The notes under the pieces: model-generated | Database searches by the model: none | The model's input: the letters and a program-made list of their open reading frames with translations, nothing else | Told to the model about the DNA's origin: nothing | Part shown: positions 22,600 to 43,382 of the stretch, in pieces | Layout of the letters: each line of letters opens with the position of its first letter | Numbering within the stretch: position 1 is the first letter of the stretch | Program-made: the position numbers and the translations under genes | DNA from: Macrostomum lignano | Taxonomy: Eukaryota | DNA: 64,000 bases | Direction of reading: 5' to 3' | Assembly (NCBI GenBank): GCA_002269645.1 | Contig: NIVC01002053.1 | Location: 1 to 64,000 of the forward strand

Positions 22600-25500
22600 G
22601 ACCAAGATGGCCACACACCAAGATGGCCACAGCTCTAAGTGTCTAAATAGATAATAATAATCCCATAATAATAACATGGCAGGTCTATATATTTCACTTA
22701 TTTCCTATTGGTAGGCCCTAATAATTAGAGAAATAGATGCTAAAAAGATGCTATATTGGAATTGTATTATATTAGGCCCCTATATGGTTTCCAGGCACCA
22801 AAAAGTGTGGATACCCCCTATATTATAGTCATTCCTTTGGCTTTAGCTTGACCTATATATGCATATATTTATTCATTACACTAAGCAAGTAGCCTAACAC
22901 AAAAACAAATACCTTGCCTTGTTGTATATTCATCTTAATTTGTGTATAGCATTACTAGTAGCAATGGTTTCTTAATAAACAGATACTATATAGTGATAGA
23001 TTTGATAAATGTAATGATAAGGAATAAATTGGCATAAACACTGAAAAAGATTAAAGTTTTTGTATTATAGGTAATTAGTTTCAAATCTATTAGGTCTATT
23101 TCATCAGTATTTATGAATATGATTGATTAAACATAACTGCCATAACAAATAATATAAAAATAGCTATTATGTTGCTAATTAAGGATAAAAAGAGAGCAGA
23201 GCCAAAGAGATTCAATGTTGTGGCCATCTTGGTGTGTGTCCATCTTGGTCTTATATTGTTTAGGTCATTTGGTGACAGGTATTTTATTTAAAAATACTTA
23301 AATAGTTGTTTCAATGATATTAATAGACACACTTTGCCTTTGGTAAAAAATGAAAAATTTAGTGAGAGGTCATTTAGTGACATGATACACCTCATAACAT
23401 CAATTTGTAGTTATTTTGGTAAGAGACAAATAGGGGCCTACAATATAAAAAATGGTAGCTCTATAATAAAAAACAAAAATTAAGTAAAAGGGTAATTCCA
23501 CGAGATGACGGTCGTTGGGTTGGAGCAAATAATAATCAGTAATCATACAAAAGACAAACTAAATTGAGACTTTGTGAGTTCTATATTTATGGGCATGACC
23601 TCTAGATTAAGATGAGATACATTTTAAAGTCATTTGTCTTACTGTGTTGATTTAGCAGAGAGAAACTTTTGATGATGGTCATTTTTGGTGAAAGTTTATG
23701 TATCCAACTTTATAACTTAAGTTTAAGATTCCTGCAAATCAGGCAAGTTTTTGTCTCAATTGATCATTAATTGTAGTAAACAATAGCTAGATGAATGGTT
23801 ACAAACAATTATTACATTTTAGTAGATAACTTTAACTGTGTTTCACATTTTTTCTTAAATGATGGTCATTGACTGACGGTCGTTTGTTTCAAAAAAACGA
23901 CCTTCAGTTTTAAAAAGTGTATTAGGATTCTCTATTTTTAGATACAATCTTGGTTAAAAGATTGTTTATAATCCATAGTTGTTCATATAAAAACTATAAC
24001 TTGCTTGTCTAACCATAAAATTTATTATACCTGTTTCACATTTCAGATCAAATGTACTTATGCACCTTCAACAAAAACATCATGATTGCACAACTCAACA
24101 TATGATCATAAAGATGGACAGTCCTAATCTATTCAAGAATTCAAAGAATAGAATATAACAATTAATAAAACCAAAGGCAAATACAGATTATTTGTTAGGC
24201 AATAAGCAGTAGCACCAATGGATAGTAAAAACTTGAGTCTAGTTAGACTACTTATGCTGAAGATTGGGGCATGTGTTAAGGTGCATTGCAAACTAAAGTG
24301 GAGAGTTCTAGGTGCATGGTTAGTAATTGGAACAACCTTTTTAATAGTGCAGGTTGAAAATGATTTTAAGGTATCAAACAAGTAATTGACAGTATACATT
24401 TTTAATAAAAGACTTGAATTCCACTATATTTTTCTTTACAATCAAAACTGTAAAAACTTTGAAAGAGAAATTGAATAAGTAATTCACATTAAAAAAGACA
24501 TGATTTTAGAATATCAGTAAATTCAGTTTTTTGTATAAAATTTAGGAATAAATGATAGTAATTCAGGTTTTATGAAGATCAACAAATTTCAGAATACCAG
24601 AAAATGATGGTCATTAGGTAACTTTGCAGGGTTTTTTTAGCATGTTACACTTATCATAAACTAACAAAAATGACTATAAACTTAAATATAGGCTCAGAAA
24701 ATATTTTAGCAAAAAATTATCAACTTATAAACCTCTTGAAAATTAGTACAACAACTTTTTGTAAAAAAAATGATGGTCGTTTTTAACACTTAAAAAAGTG
24801 TTAAAAACACTTTTTTTCAAGTCAAACTTTTTGAAATAAAAAATTATGATAGATAGAACTATATTAGATCATTAAATTTTTTAATTTCAGTCTTTAGATA
24901 TAAGAAAGAAAGATTTTTATTATTTATGCACTTGATGCATTATGTTTATTAACTTTTTTTCTTATTGAAAACTAGATTAAACTTTTTATAATGTCCCGCG
25001 GGACATTTAAAATCTTGCAAGGGTACCATGATCAAAACAAAATATATATACCTAGAGGTAGATAAATGTGTATGAAACTACATAAAAATGAAACTATACA
25101 TAATTATATGCAAAATGAAATATTCACATTTGCAAATAATTTTTAAAAAAATTTCTATACCTTTGATGACCCTATCATGGAATAACCCAAAACAATGCTT
25201 TACTATTTCAGCAAGGCTGAAATTTTATCAATTAAGATTAGCAAGATAGTTTTCTGCTTGCAACTATGATTATGATAGGCCTAGCTATTACCATATTCAT
25301 AAAATGAAGGTCTACAGGCTATATGTATAACTTTCTTGGCCATATTGTTTACTCTTTACCAATGTTAAACTGGTTACTAGGCCTAATATTGAAATGTATA
25401 GGCCTATATCTAATGTCACATTCTGGATTATGTAGTATATGCCCAAAAATCTAGGCTTGCATTGGCCTTGTATATCTAACATTAGATGTGCACAGTTGGT

Positions 25501-27400
25501 ATGCATGACTCCTAAGATAATAGTGTGCATATACACTTGGCTTTATTTTATCTTTGTTAATTTAAAAAAGAGATTCATAGTAAACTTCTTTGTCTGTGGC
25601 AATTTACTTGAATTAGGTGATTTATAATATAGAAAAAAAAATTATTCTTACAAAAATGTGCTTTAGTTAGATGGATTTATTTAAATAATTTTTGTTACTT
25701 CTTATTAGGTGCCCCAAAGGAAAGGCTCTAGATTGCTAGTTTGCACTAAATATAAAAATTTTGCTATTATAATTATTTATTAAGTGTTGTTTTACTATTA
25801 TTTATATAAAATGTTCTATTTTTTAAAAGCAATCAAAAAAGCAAGATAATAGGGCAAAGTCTAAAAATGTAAGAAAAAATAATAAACCAAATCTGCTTCC
25901 AAATAAGATGCTTACTGTATTTATTAAGCAACAAAAAACAATGAAATTAGGCTTAAATATATATCATTGTGGCATATATGCACAAGAAAAAGAATTTTCT
26001 AAATTGCATTAGTAGAAGCTAGGTAAAATGCAATTTTCTGATCCTTATGGGAATTTGTATGTTTAAATAGTAAACTATGTTGAATATAGTATTTTTTTGC
26101 AACTGAACTCTACAAAATACATATTCTCAATGGTATTGAAAGTGATAAATAGATAGACCCTTAAAAAGAATGTTAAATATGTTGTTGCATTATAGAATGT
26201 AATATAAGATACTTAAAGTTAATAAATATATTACAGCCTTTCTATCATTTTTATTAGTCATTTTAGTCATAATTTAATTTACCATTTTTACAAATCATCA
26301 AAAATAAGGCTATATGTGAATAATTTGTGCTCTTATAGATGTTTCTAACTTTTTAAAACTCAACTAAAATTACTTTATAACTTTATTGCTTTCAAATTGC
26401 CAAAAAACAAATTTTTAAAAAACTTGCCCTTAATTTTTAGATTTTGTTTGCTACAGATGAAATGCTCATTTAGCTATTTTGGAAATAAACTAGTAACAGT
26501 TAAATTGGTAATCAACAAATTGACTAGATACATATAGGTAATATAATAGAAATAAATACCTTTGTATCTATCAATCTATGTGTTGCTTTAAGGTTTAAAA
26601 TATTAATATAAATAATATAGTCGATGCTTATAAGGTTTATTTGGTGGGTTATCCTACTTATGAAAAATACATTTATTTGGTACCAATATACTTATCTTTG
26701 CTTACAATTAGAATGTTAGTTTTAGCTAGAATAGTAAAATATTCATATCACAGTATATAAATGATACAAAAGGAATTTTATTTTAAGTACAAAATATATA
26801 ATAGAATATTGCTTTGATAATAGCATAGCATCATACAATCATTTCTAGCATTGTGCCTATTTCTATATATTTTAATTTTAACCTGATTATCTAATATCAA
26901 ATTCCAATTTCACCTTGGGTCATAGGGTAATAGCTTTGAGCTGTTATAAAATTATAGGATAAGAATGTGGCTCCTTAAAGTCTCTACCCTATAACAGCTA
27001 TGCATAGCCTTGGATGTGTTACAAAATTGGTCTTAATCAAACCTTGCTATCTTGCAATAGGTCAGGCCTCAGGCTTATTTGTAGATATAACAATATAAGC
27101 TAAAATGTGTTTTAAATGCCAATTTTTAGTTTGTCTCTAGAGCCCTAGGTTTCTTGTGTTATAGTTGGCTCATGAAATGACATTGACCTCTCCTTTAGTC
27201 TACATTTTCTGTTATATTGTGTGCCATGACATGTCAATTTTAATGTTGGTATCCTCAATGTGGATCCCAGATGCCAAATTGGCACCCAGGTTTTCCAAGC
27301 TGGAAGTTCATGATTATTGGAGTTATAATTATTGAGACTTTAGGACTTTTTCTATCGATTGTCAAATTTGAGTAAGTTGTAAGCATACAGACTTTTACAA
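22600..27400. mobile_element. AT-rich, CpG-depleted block, probably nested decayed DNA transposons
   Basis: Inverted repeats at 22600-22634 and 23216-23250, a dispersed TGAYGGTCRTT motif, a Helitron-like end at 24972-25007, and no credible ORF. Confidence 0.55.
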
Positions 27401-27568
27401 CTTCTATGCCTCAGAGAGGTTCAACAATGTAAAGGGTAGGGTAGACATGTAGGTGGTATTTTATTTGATTTTCAACTTTCTCCAATTTGAACCCAAAGAT
27501 GCCAAATAGCAGTGTGATTCTGCTTAAAATTTCAAACAAAACGATTCCAGCAACACCAAACAGCCCGG

Positions 27569-30500
27569 ATGTCTGCAGAATCAGCACCCGTGGAGCAGCC
27601 GGCCCCGTCAGAGGCGCCAGCCGAGGGGTCCAGTCGCAAACGAGCAAACGATGACCTGCTGACCCGAACTGGCGGGGCCTACATACCGCCAGCTAAACTG
27701 CGCGCAATGCAGGCCTCAATGTCCGACAAGTCTAGCGAGCAATACCAGCGGGTGGCCTGGGAGGCGCTTAAGAAAACTCTTAATAGCCTAATTAACATGA
27801 CTAATGTGACCAATCTGCCTAATATTGTTCGCCAATTACTATCGGAGAATCTGGTCAGAGGCCGGGGCTTGTTCATCCGGTCTCTGATGACCAATCAGGC
27901 CACCTCACCTGTGTTCACGCCCGTCTTTGCCGGCCTAGTGGCCGTTGTCAATACTAGATTTCCGCAGATTGGCGAACTAGCCTTGAAACGCCTCATACAG
28001 GAGTTGAAAAAGGCTTTTCGGCGAAACAATAAAGAGACTTGTTTGAATTCTTGCACTTTTCTGGCTCACCTCATCAACCAGCGAGTTGCTCACGAGGTTC
28101 TGGCTCTGGAAATTCTCGCCTTGCTGCTCAACAGGCCGACGGACGGCTCCGTTGAGATTGCAGTCGGCTTCCTTAAGGAGGTCGGCGCCAGACTGTTGGA
28201 GACTGCTCCAAGAGGACTGCGCATGATCTTCGATCAGCTGCGGGGCATCTTGCACGAGGCCGCGTTGGATAAGCGAGTCCAGTACATGATTGAGACTCTG
28301 TTTCAGGTGAGGCTCGCTGTGCATCAGTGCTACCTTGTCTTTTAGTACCTGTGATGGGTGATATTTAGTACCGGTTCTAGTACCTGTCCCGGTGTCTTTA
28401 TATTATAGGGGCGGGGTTCCGGTGTTACCTGTCTTTCACTACTGATACTATGGTATTTTTCTTTCATTCGATGCGACCATGCAACTCATCTTTTAGTACG
28501 CTCGTACCGGTGCTATTTATCTTCTAGTATCGGCTCTCTTTGTCTCAGCAATGGTGCCTTGAAACTTTTAGTTAAGTCGTGTCTTTTTGCACCGGTGTTG
28601 TCTGTCTTACCGGTTCTGAGTGTCTTCAGTCCCGATGCCACCTGTTTTTGATATAGGTAGCTGATTACACAGAATATCACACAGAATGCTCATTCGCACT
28701 CTCTGTATGACAGTCGCAGGGCAAAAAAGATACGCATTGAGCCTACTCTTGGGGTGAAGAAAGCAAGTCGTACAAACCATATAGACAATCTAAAAGTAGC
28801 CATCTAAACAAAATGTGCAATTATAGTATGAGACAAGTGTATGCAAAAATGAACAAGTTTGCATCGTATATATCATTTAAGTTATTATTATAATTCTGCC
28901 CTATTGTTATTACTATTGTAATGATATGTCAGTAGTGATTTCAGCATCAACTGTTTTTTAATTTCTAATCTCGCAGGTCCGCCAGGACGAGTTCAAGCAG
29001 TACCCATCAATCCAGGAGGCCCTAGACCTAGTGGAAGAGGAGGACCAGGTGACTCACCTGCTCAGTCTGGAGGATGAGCACGACACTGAGCAGGCGCTGA
29101 ATGTATTCCGCTACGATCCGGACTATCTCACCCACGAGGACGAATACAAGGCTATCCAACGGGAGCTGCTCGGCGACGGAGACGACAGTAGCAGCGACAG
29201 TGGCAGCGACAGCAGCGACGGCAGCGAAAGCGAAGACGACAACGAAGCCGGCGAAGGCGCAGATACGGAGGCGGCGGCGGCTAAGCCGGCCATCGACCAG
29301 ACCCAGGCCCAGCTAGTGCAGCTGCGCAAGACCATCTACCTGACTGTGCAGAGCAGCCTAGACTACGAGGAGGCGGCCCACAAGCTCCGGCGCATCCAGC
29401 TGCGGCCTGGCGAGGATGCCGAACTGGCCAGCATGATTCTGGACTGCTGCGCCCAGCTGCGCACCTACGAGAAATTCTACGGATTGATGGCGCAGAGATT
29501 CTGCCAATTAGACAGAGCCTACGTGCAGCACTATGAGAGGATCTTCACTGAGCAGTATAATACTATTCACAGGCTGGAGACGATGAAGCTGCGCAATGTG
29601 GCCAGATTCTTTGCTCACCTGTTGCACACTGACTCAATCTCGTGGGGCGTGATGCAGTGCGTGCAGCTCACTGAGCAGGGCACAACGTCTTCTAGTAGGA
29701 TATTTCTGAAGATCCTGTTCCAAGACCTGGCCGAGCACATGGGCTTGGAGAGGCTCTCCCAGCGCTTCGCCGACTGCACTCTGCAGGCATTCTTCGAGGG
29801 CCTGTTCCCGCGGGATCATCCGCGCAATACCCGCTTCTCGATTAACTACTTCAAGAGCATCGGCCTCAACGGAGTCACCCTGCCGCTGCGCCAGTGGTAC
29901 GAGACTGCGCCAAAGCCCAAGGCTGAGGAGTCTGATTCCTCGGAGTCTTCCTCTTCTAGTAGCAGTTCGTCTTCGTCATCGTCCTCTGATTCTGACTCAG
30001 ACTCGGATGATGAGGCGTCAGCTAGACGGAAGCGGAGTAGCGGACGGGCCAGCCGATCAATCAAGCAGGAGCCGAAAGAGGCTGCGGCACCTACTGATGA
30101 AGGCAGGCAGCGGCATGGGTAAGCTGTTAACTATATATCCCCACACTCATACAGAATGTGCAGCGGCCCGGACTTGTCCCCAATTCTGGTGTAAATCTTA
30201 TGGAAATATCCTTTACTTAGATTCAACTTTCGTTTTAGTTTTATCATTAGTACACTATTTAAAGTGCACTATTATAGGGGTTTTAGCCTAGTGGTTAGAG
30301 CGTCGGACTCATTACAAAGGTCGGGGTTCGATTCCCGATCCCAATCGAAACTATTTGTGTCCTTGAGCAAGACACTTAAATCTGCATTGCTTCAGTTCAC
30401 CCAGCTGTAAAATGGGTGCCAGCATTAGCTGGGGTAATTGAGGGGGTGTGTGGCGACCCCCCAGTCCTTGGACTGAACAGCCGTAGGCAGCCTTCAGATG

Positions 30501-31012
30501 CGCCGCGCAATAGCTGCGGTTGAGCTGTCGGTTGCACATCTGGCCATAAAGGAAGGTGTAATCAATTATTATTATTAGATACTCGTACTATTAAAGCTTG
30601 ATGTGCTATTCTCGCTACTCGCCAGTAGGTTATACAAGCAGCAATAACCCACCTGTACTTTTTTCTAATCCCACACAGCCGACAGTCGGACGCGGCTGTT
30701 GATAAGCAGTCGGAGAGGCGGCGAGGCAGCGGTCGCGATCGAGACCGCGACTATGAACGTGACGACGGCGATGAATCTCGTCGGCCAAGTCGCGACAGTC
30801 GAGATAGTCGGCGAGCCTCGGACAGGCGCGACAACAACGATCAGCATCGTCGGGATGTCGGAGACCACAGCCACGATCGATCCCGTCGCAACTCAGTCGA
30901 GCGTCGGCGACCTGTCGACGATAATAGGAACGGCGATAATCGCCGAGGGACGCAGATCCGTAGCGAAGTTCGCCTTGTCGGCGATCGAAGCGAACGAGGA
31001 AGTCGCCGATAG
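27569..31012 (+). CDS. CWC22: Pre-mRNA-splicing factor CWC22 (MIF4G + MA3 domains); exons 27569-28306, 28977-30118, 30679-31012
   Basis: [57 protein letters not shown] and NTRFSINYF motifs. Splice phases 0 and 2 are consistent, and the last exon is R/D/S-rich. Confidence 0.97.
30276..30577 (+). mobile_element. tRNA-derived SINE, family A (CORE-like), in CWC22 intron 2
   Basis: TAGCCTAGTGGTTAGAGCG A box, GGTTCGATTCC B box, CCTTGAGCAAGACACTTAA...CTGTAAAATGGG, short (ATT)n tail. Confidence 0.85.
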
Positions 31013-31240
31013 GCTGATTTCATTTTTTAATAAAAAGAACTGCCTACTATGTTTAGCACCGCTTCATAACTGGTAATGTGCTTGTAAATTAAATTCATAT
31101 TCATGTTGTTATAAATTTGCCCGGCTAAATACACGTGGCTTCAATTGTGCCGCCTTTGCACCAACTTCGTTGCGTTTCCAATTATTGAATGTTTTCTATG
31201 TATATTCGTGATTTTTTACGAGCGTATTATAAAGCGGGAC

Positions 31241-31465
31241 TGTTAGCTTGTTCCTATGCTGTAGGGTCAGCTGTTAGCTTGTTGCTATTCAGTAGGGTCA
31301 GCTGTTAGCTTGTTGCTATTCAGTAGGGTCAGCTGATAGCTTGTTGCTATTCAGTAGGGTCAGCTGTTAGCTTGTTGCTATTCAGTAGGGTCAGCTGTTA
31401 GCTTGTTGCTATTCAGTAGGGTCAGCTGTTAGCTTGTTGCTATTCAGTAGGTCAGCTGTTAGCTT
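31241..31465. repeat. 31-bp minisatellite immediately upstream of the PSMG2 coding exon
   Basis: Unit GTAGGGTCAGCTGTTAGCTTGTTGCTATTCA, about 7 copies. Confidence 0.9.
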
Positions 31466-31483
31466 GTCGCCGCCCGCCCGCAG

Positions 31484-32200
31484 TTGGTGCTGTCAGACAA
31501 GTCCATCGGGCCGGGCAAATGGTCCGACTACACCTGCGTGCTGCCCAGCGTGTCAGTCGGCAACGTTGGCCAGCTGGCTGCCGACCTGATCATCAGCTCC
31601 GGCCGGCTGTACTCGGTGGGCTACTGGCACAGCGCCTCGCTGACCCCGGTGTGCGGCCCCGGCCCGTTCGGCGGGCCGCCCTGCACAGCCGCCGAACTGT
31701 GGGAGAGTGAGCAGCGCCGCATCGTTGTACTGCAGCTGCGCTCTCCCGTGCTGGCCTGTCGAAGGCGGCGCTTCCTTGACGAGGCCTGCAGCCTCATCGC
31801 CGAGTGCGGCTTCGCCCGCGTGCTGCTGCTGGCCAGCGCATGGGACTCGTCTAGGCGGGAGCCCAGCTGCCCGTCGCTTGGCTTGGCCGGCTCGCCCGGT
31901 TGGCCGAATCCCGCACCAGAAGGTCTCGAGTTCGAGCCGCTAGAGCCGGAGCGTCGCCTCTCCGGCGTCGGCCTGGCCGGGCCGCTGTTCCGCCGGCTGG
32001 CCGCCGACTCGCGCCCGACTGGCACGGCTTTGGCCTGCCTGTTCTGCTCCGAGGGCGACAATTCCGGACACGCCGGACAGTTGGCCGAAGCTGCGGCCGC
32101 CATTCTCGGACAGCCGGGCCTGGCGCCGGTACCTGGACGGCCTCTGCCGTCGTCCTGGCGTCTGCTGTACGGCAGCCGGCCAGTCGAAGGCTTGTATTGA
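31484..32200 (+). CDS. PSMG2: Proteasome assembly chaperone 2 (PAC2); start codon not identified
   Basis: LPSVSVGNVGQLAADLIIS, VLQLRSP, FCSEGDN and PSSWRLLYG match the PAC2 family. The ORF starts with TTG right after an acceptor-like CCCGCCCGCAG. Confidence 0.9.
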   Translation: MVLSDKSIGPGKWSDYTCVLPSVSVGNVGQLAADLIISSGRLYSVGYWHSASLTPVCGPGPFGGPPCTAAELWESEQRRIVVLQLRSPVLACRRRRFLDEACSLIAECGFARVLLLASAWDSSRREPSCPSLGLAGSPGWPNPAPEGLEFEPLEPERRLSGVGLAGPLFRRLAADSRPTGTALACLFCSEGDNSGHAGQLAEAAAAILGQPGLAPVPGRPLPSSWRLLYGSRPVEGLY

Positions 32201-32302
32201 CAACTTTAAACTGGAGAGTCTGCCAGCTTATTAGCTGTAATTCTGGGGTATAGGCTCTCGATTTTAATGTGTTGGAGTTCTTCATATTTTTACGTTTACA
32301 AG

Positions 32303-32702
32303 CCAAGCTGGTAGATAGCCTAGCTGGTAGATAGCCAAGCTGGTAGGTAGCCTAGCTGGTAGGTAGCCTAGCTGGTAGATAGCCAAGCTGGTAGGTAGCC
32401 TAGCTGGTAGATAGCCAAGCTGGTAGGTAGCCTAGCTGGTAGGTAGCCAAGCTGGTAGGTAGGCAAGCTGGTAGGTAGCCAAGCTGGTAGGTAGCCAAGC
32501 TGGTAGGTAGCCAAGCTGGTAGATAGCTAAGCTGGTAGGTAGGTAGCCAAGCTGGTAGGTAGCCAAGCTGGTAGGTAGCCAAGCTGGTAGGTAGGTAGCC
32601 AAGCTGGTAGGTAGCCAAGCTGGTAGGTAGCCAAGCTGGTAGGTAGCCAAGCTGGTAGGTAGCCAAGCTGGTAGGAAAGTAGCCAAGCTGGTAGGTAGCC
32701 AA
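32303..32702. repeat. 16-bp minisatellite (AGCCAAGCTGGTAGGT)
   Basis: Direct inspection. Confidence 0.95.
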
Positions 32703-33308
32703 ACACCCTAACAGCATACTGGCACTAGACGCTCAGCATTTTTTCGAATTTTCGCGCCTGTAAAACATCTACCGCTCTAATTAGCTAGAGTGTCAGTTGA
32801 TTTTGTGCGCATGTGTGAAAAAGTTTTAAAAAGTTTGTTTATATTTGTGTTTTTTCCGAGTTTTCTAAATCTCGAATAAAAGACAAGCCTGCAACTGTTG
32901 CAGTTTTTCTTCTAATCGCTTATGCCGGTTAGTTTTGTGATTAAATTAATTTAATTAAATTTGATCGAAAACAAATTTTTTGCCGTTTATTTTTGTATTA
33001 ACCGACTGTACATTATTATATACATTATACAGGGACAAGTTACACGCATGTACATGCAGCGTAAATTTTGGGCGACATTTTTACTGACCGGTGGCGGCTT
33101 TCGAATTGCAACTGCCCCCTGTTGCTATGGCGCTCCGCTCCCGTTTCCCGCTGTTGCCAACAGGGCCGGCGTCTGAGTCACGGAGGCCAGCAGTTGTTGG
33201 TGCTGTAGGGTCTTCTGCCTTCGCTCCATCTCTGCAATTTTAATGCGCCCATCGAGCTTTGGCCAAGTTAAATAGATAAATAACACTGAGTGCTTGTTCG
33301 AAGGTTTG

Positions 33309-34020
33309 CCAGCTAGTGGTTGCTGCTAGTCCTGAGGGTTGCCAGCTAGGGGTTGCCGCTAGTCCTGAGGGTTGCCAGCTAGGGGTTGCTGCTAGTCCTG
33401 AGAGTTGCCAGCTAGGGGTTGCTGCTAGGGGTTGCTGCTAGTCCTGAGAGTTGCCAGCTAGGGGTTGCCGCTAGTCCTGAGGGTTGCCAGCTAGGGGTTG
33501 CTGCTAGTCCTGAGAGTTGCCAGCTAGGGGTTGCTGCTAGTCCTGAGGGTTGCCAGCTAGTGGTTGCTGCTAGTCCTGAGGGTTGCCAGCGGAGGGGTTG
33601 CTGCTAGTCCTGAGGGTTGCCAGCTAGGGGTGGCCGCTAGTCCTGAGGGTTTCCAGCTGGGGGTTGCTGCTAGTCCTGAGGGGATGCTGCTAGTCCTGAG
33701 GGTTGCCAGCTCCAGCTAGGGGTTGCCACTAGTCCTGAAGGTTGCCAGCTAGGGGTTGCCGCTACTCCTGAGGGTTGCCAGCTAGGGTTTGCTGCTAGTC
33801 CTGAGAGTTGCCAGCTAGGGTTGCTGCTAGTCCTAAGGGTTGCCAGCTAGGGGTTGCTGCTAGTCCTGAGAGTTGCCAGCTAGGGGTTGTCGCTATTCCT
33901 GAGGGTTGCCAGCTAGGGGTTGCTGCTACTCCTGAGGGTTGCCAGCTAGGGGTTGCTGCTAACCCAGAGGGTTGCCAGCTAGGGATTTTCGCTATTCCTG
34001 AGGGTTGCCAGCTTGGTGCT
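33309..34020. repeat. 33-bp minisatellite (CTAGTCCTGAGGGTTGCCAGCTAGGGGTTGCTG)
   Basis: Direct inspection. Confidence 0.95.
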
Positions 34021-34430
34021 GCTGGCCTGGTGATTCCAACTGTAGCCTTGAGATAGGATATATGGAAGTACATGTGTGTTCTTATTCACGGAGAGAACTT
34101 TTGCATTAACTTTCTGGAGCCATGAATGAGCACACGCGCTTGTATGTGCGGCCTGATCTCATGGTAACTCTAATGCAAACTATTGTACGAGCTAGATTAG
34201 CTCTTGTTTGGTAATTCGGGCGAACTGCGGTAGAGGAGATTTATTGCACCTGTCATGCTCAAAAGCATGCACTCGGCACTCTATCAAGCTAAAAAACTCA
34301 ACTTGGCCCAAAAGGTTGGTCTGTTTACCAGAACTCATTAGGAAAAGTGCATGGCTATTGGGGCTCTGCAAAGGCTGCTCGAATTGTCTCTATGGATTTT
34401 GGGATATCGTGTGATTTTCGAAAAAATCAA

Positions 34431-42804
<8,374 letters not shown>

Positions 42805-42975
42805 CTGCGGAATATTTTAGAGCCGCAAATGTTGCTGGATGTTAGAACCAGTTCATTAGAACCATCCGTAATTTAACACGCAATTATAAACTTTGGTATA
42901 CATTTAATATCGATTGTAATCGCTATTTCTGCTGGCGCCACTGATGCTGGCGTCAACTCAAATAGAATTTCGTCT

Positions 42976-43382
42976 ACTTAAATGAATCTCGCGCCTTACT
43001 CAAAAGAATCTGGCGCCTACTCAAATGAATCTCGCGCCTTACTCAACTGAATCTGGCGCCTACTCAAATGAATCTCGCGCCTTACTCAAATGAATCTGGT
43101 GCCTACTCAAATGAATCTGGTGCCTACTCAAATGAATCTGGCGCCTACTCAAATGAATCTGGCGCCTTACTCAAATGAATCTAGCGCCTACTCAAATGAA
43201 TCTGGCGCCTACTTGAATGAAATGGCGCCTTACTCAAATGAATCTGGCGCCTACTCAAATGAATCTCGCGCCTTACTTAAATGAATCTGGCGCCTACTCA
43301 AATGAATCTGGCGCCTTACTCAAATGAATCTAGCGCCTACTCAAATGAATCTGGCGCCTACTTGAATGAAATGGCGCCTTAC
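42976..43382. repeat. 21-22-bp minisatellite (TACTCAAATGAATCTGGCGCC)
   Basis: Direct inspection. Confidence 0.92.

Noticed and set aside
30276-30350. tRNA genes here, at 1620-1690 and at 17032-17105
   Set aside because: A/B boxes are present but acceptor stems do not pair, and each continues into a shared repeat body, so they are SINE heads.
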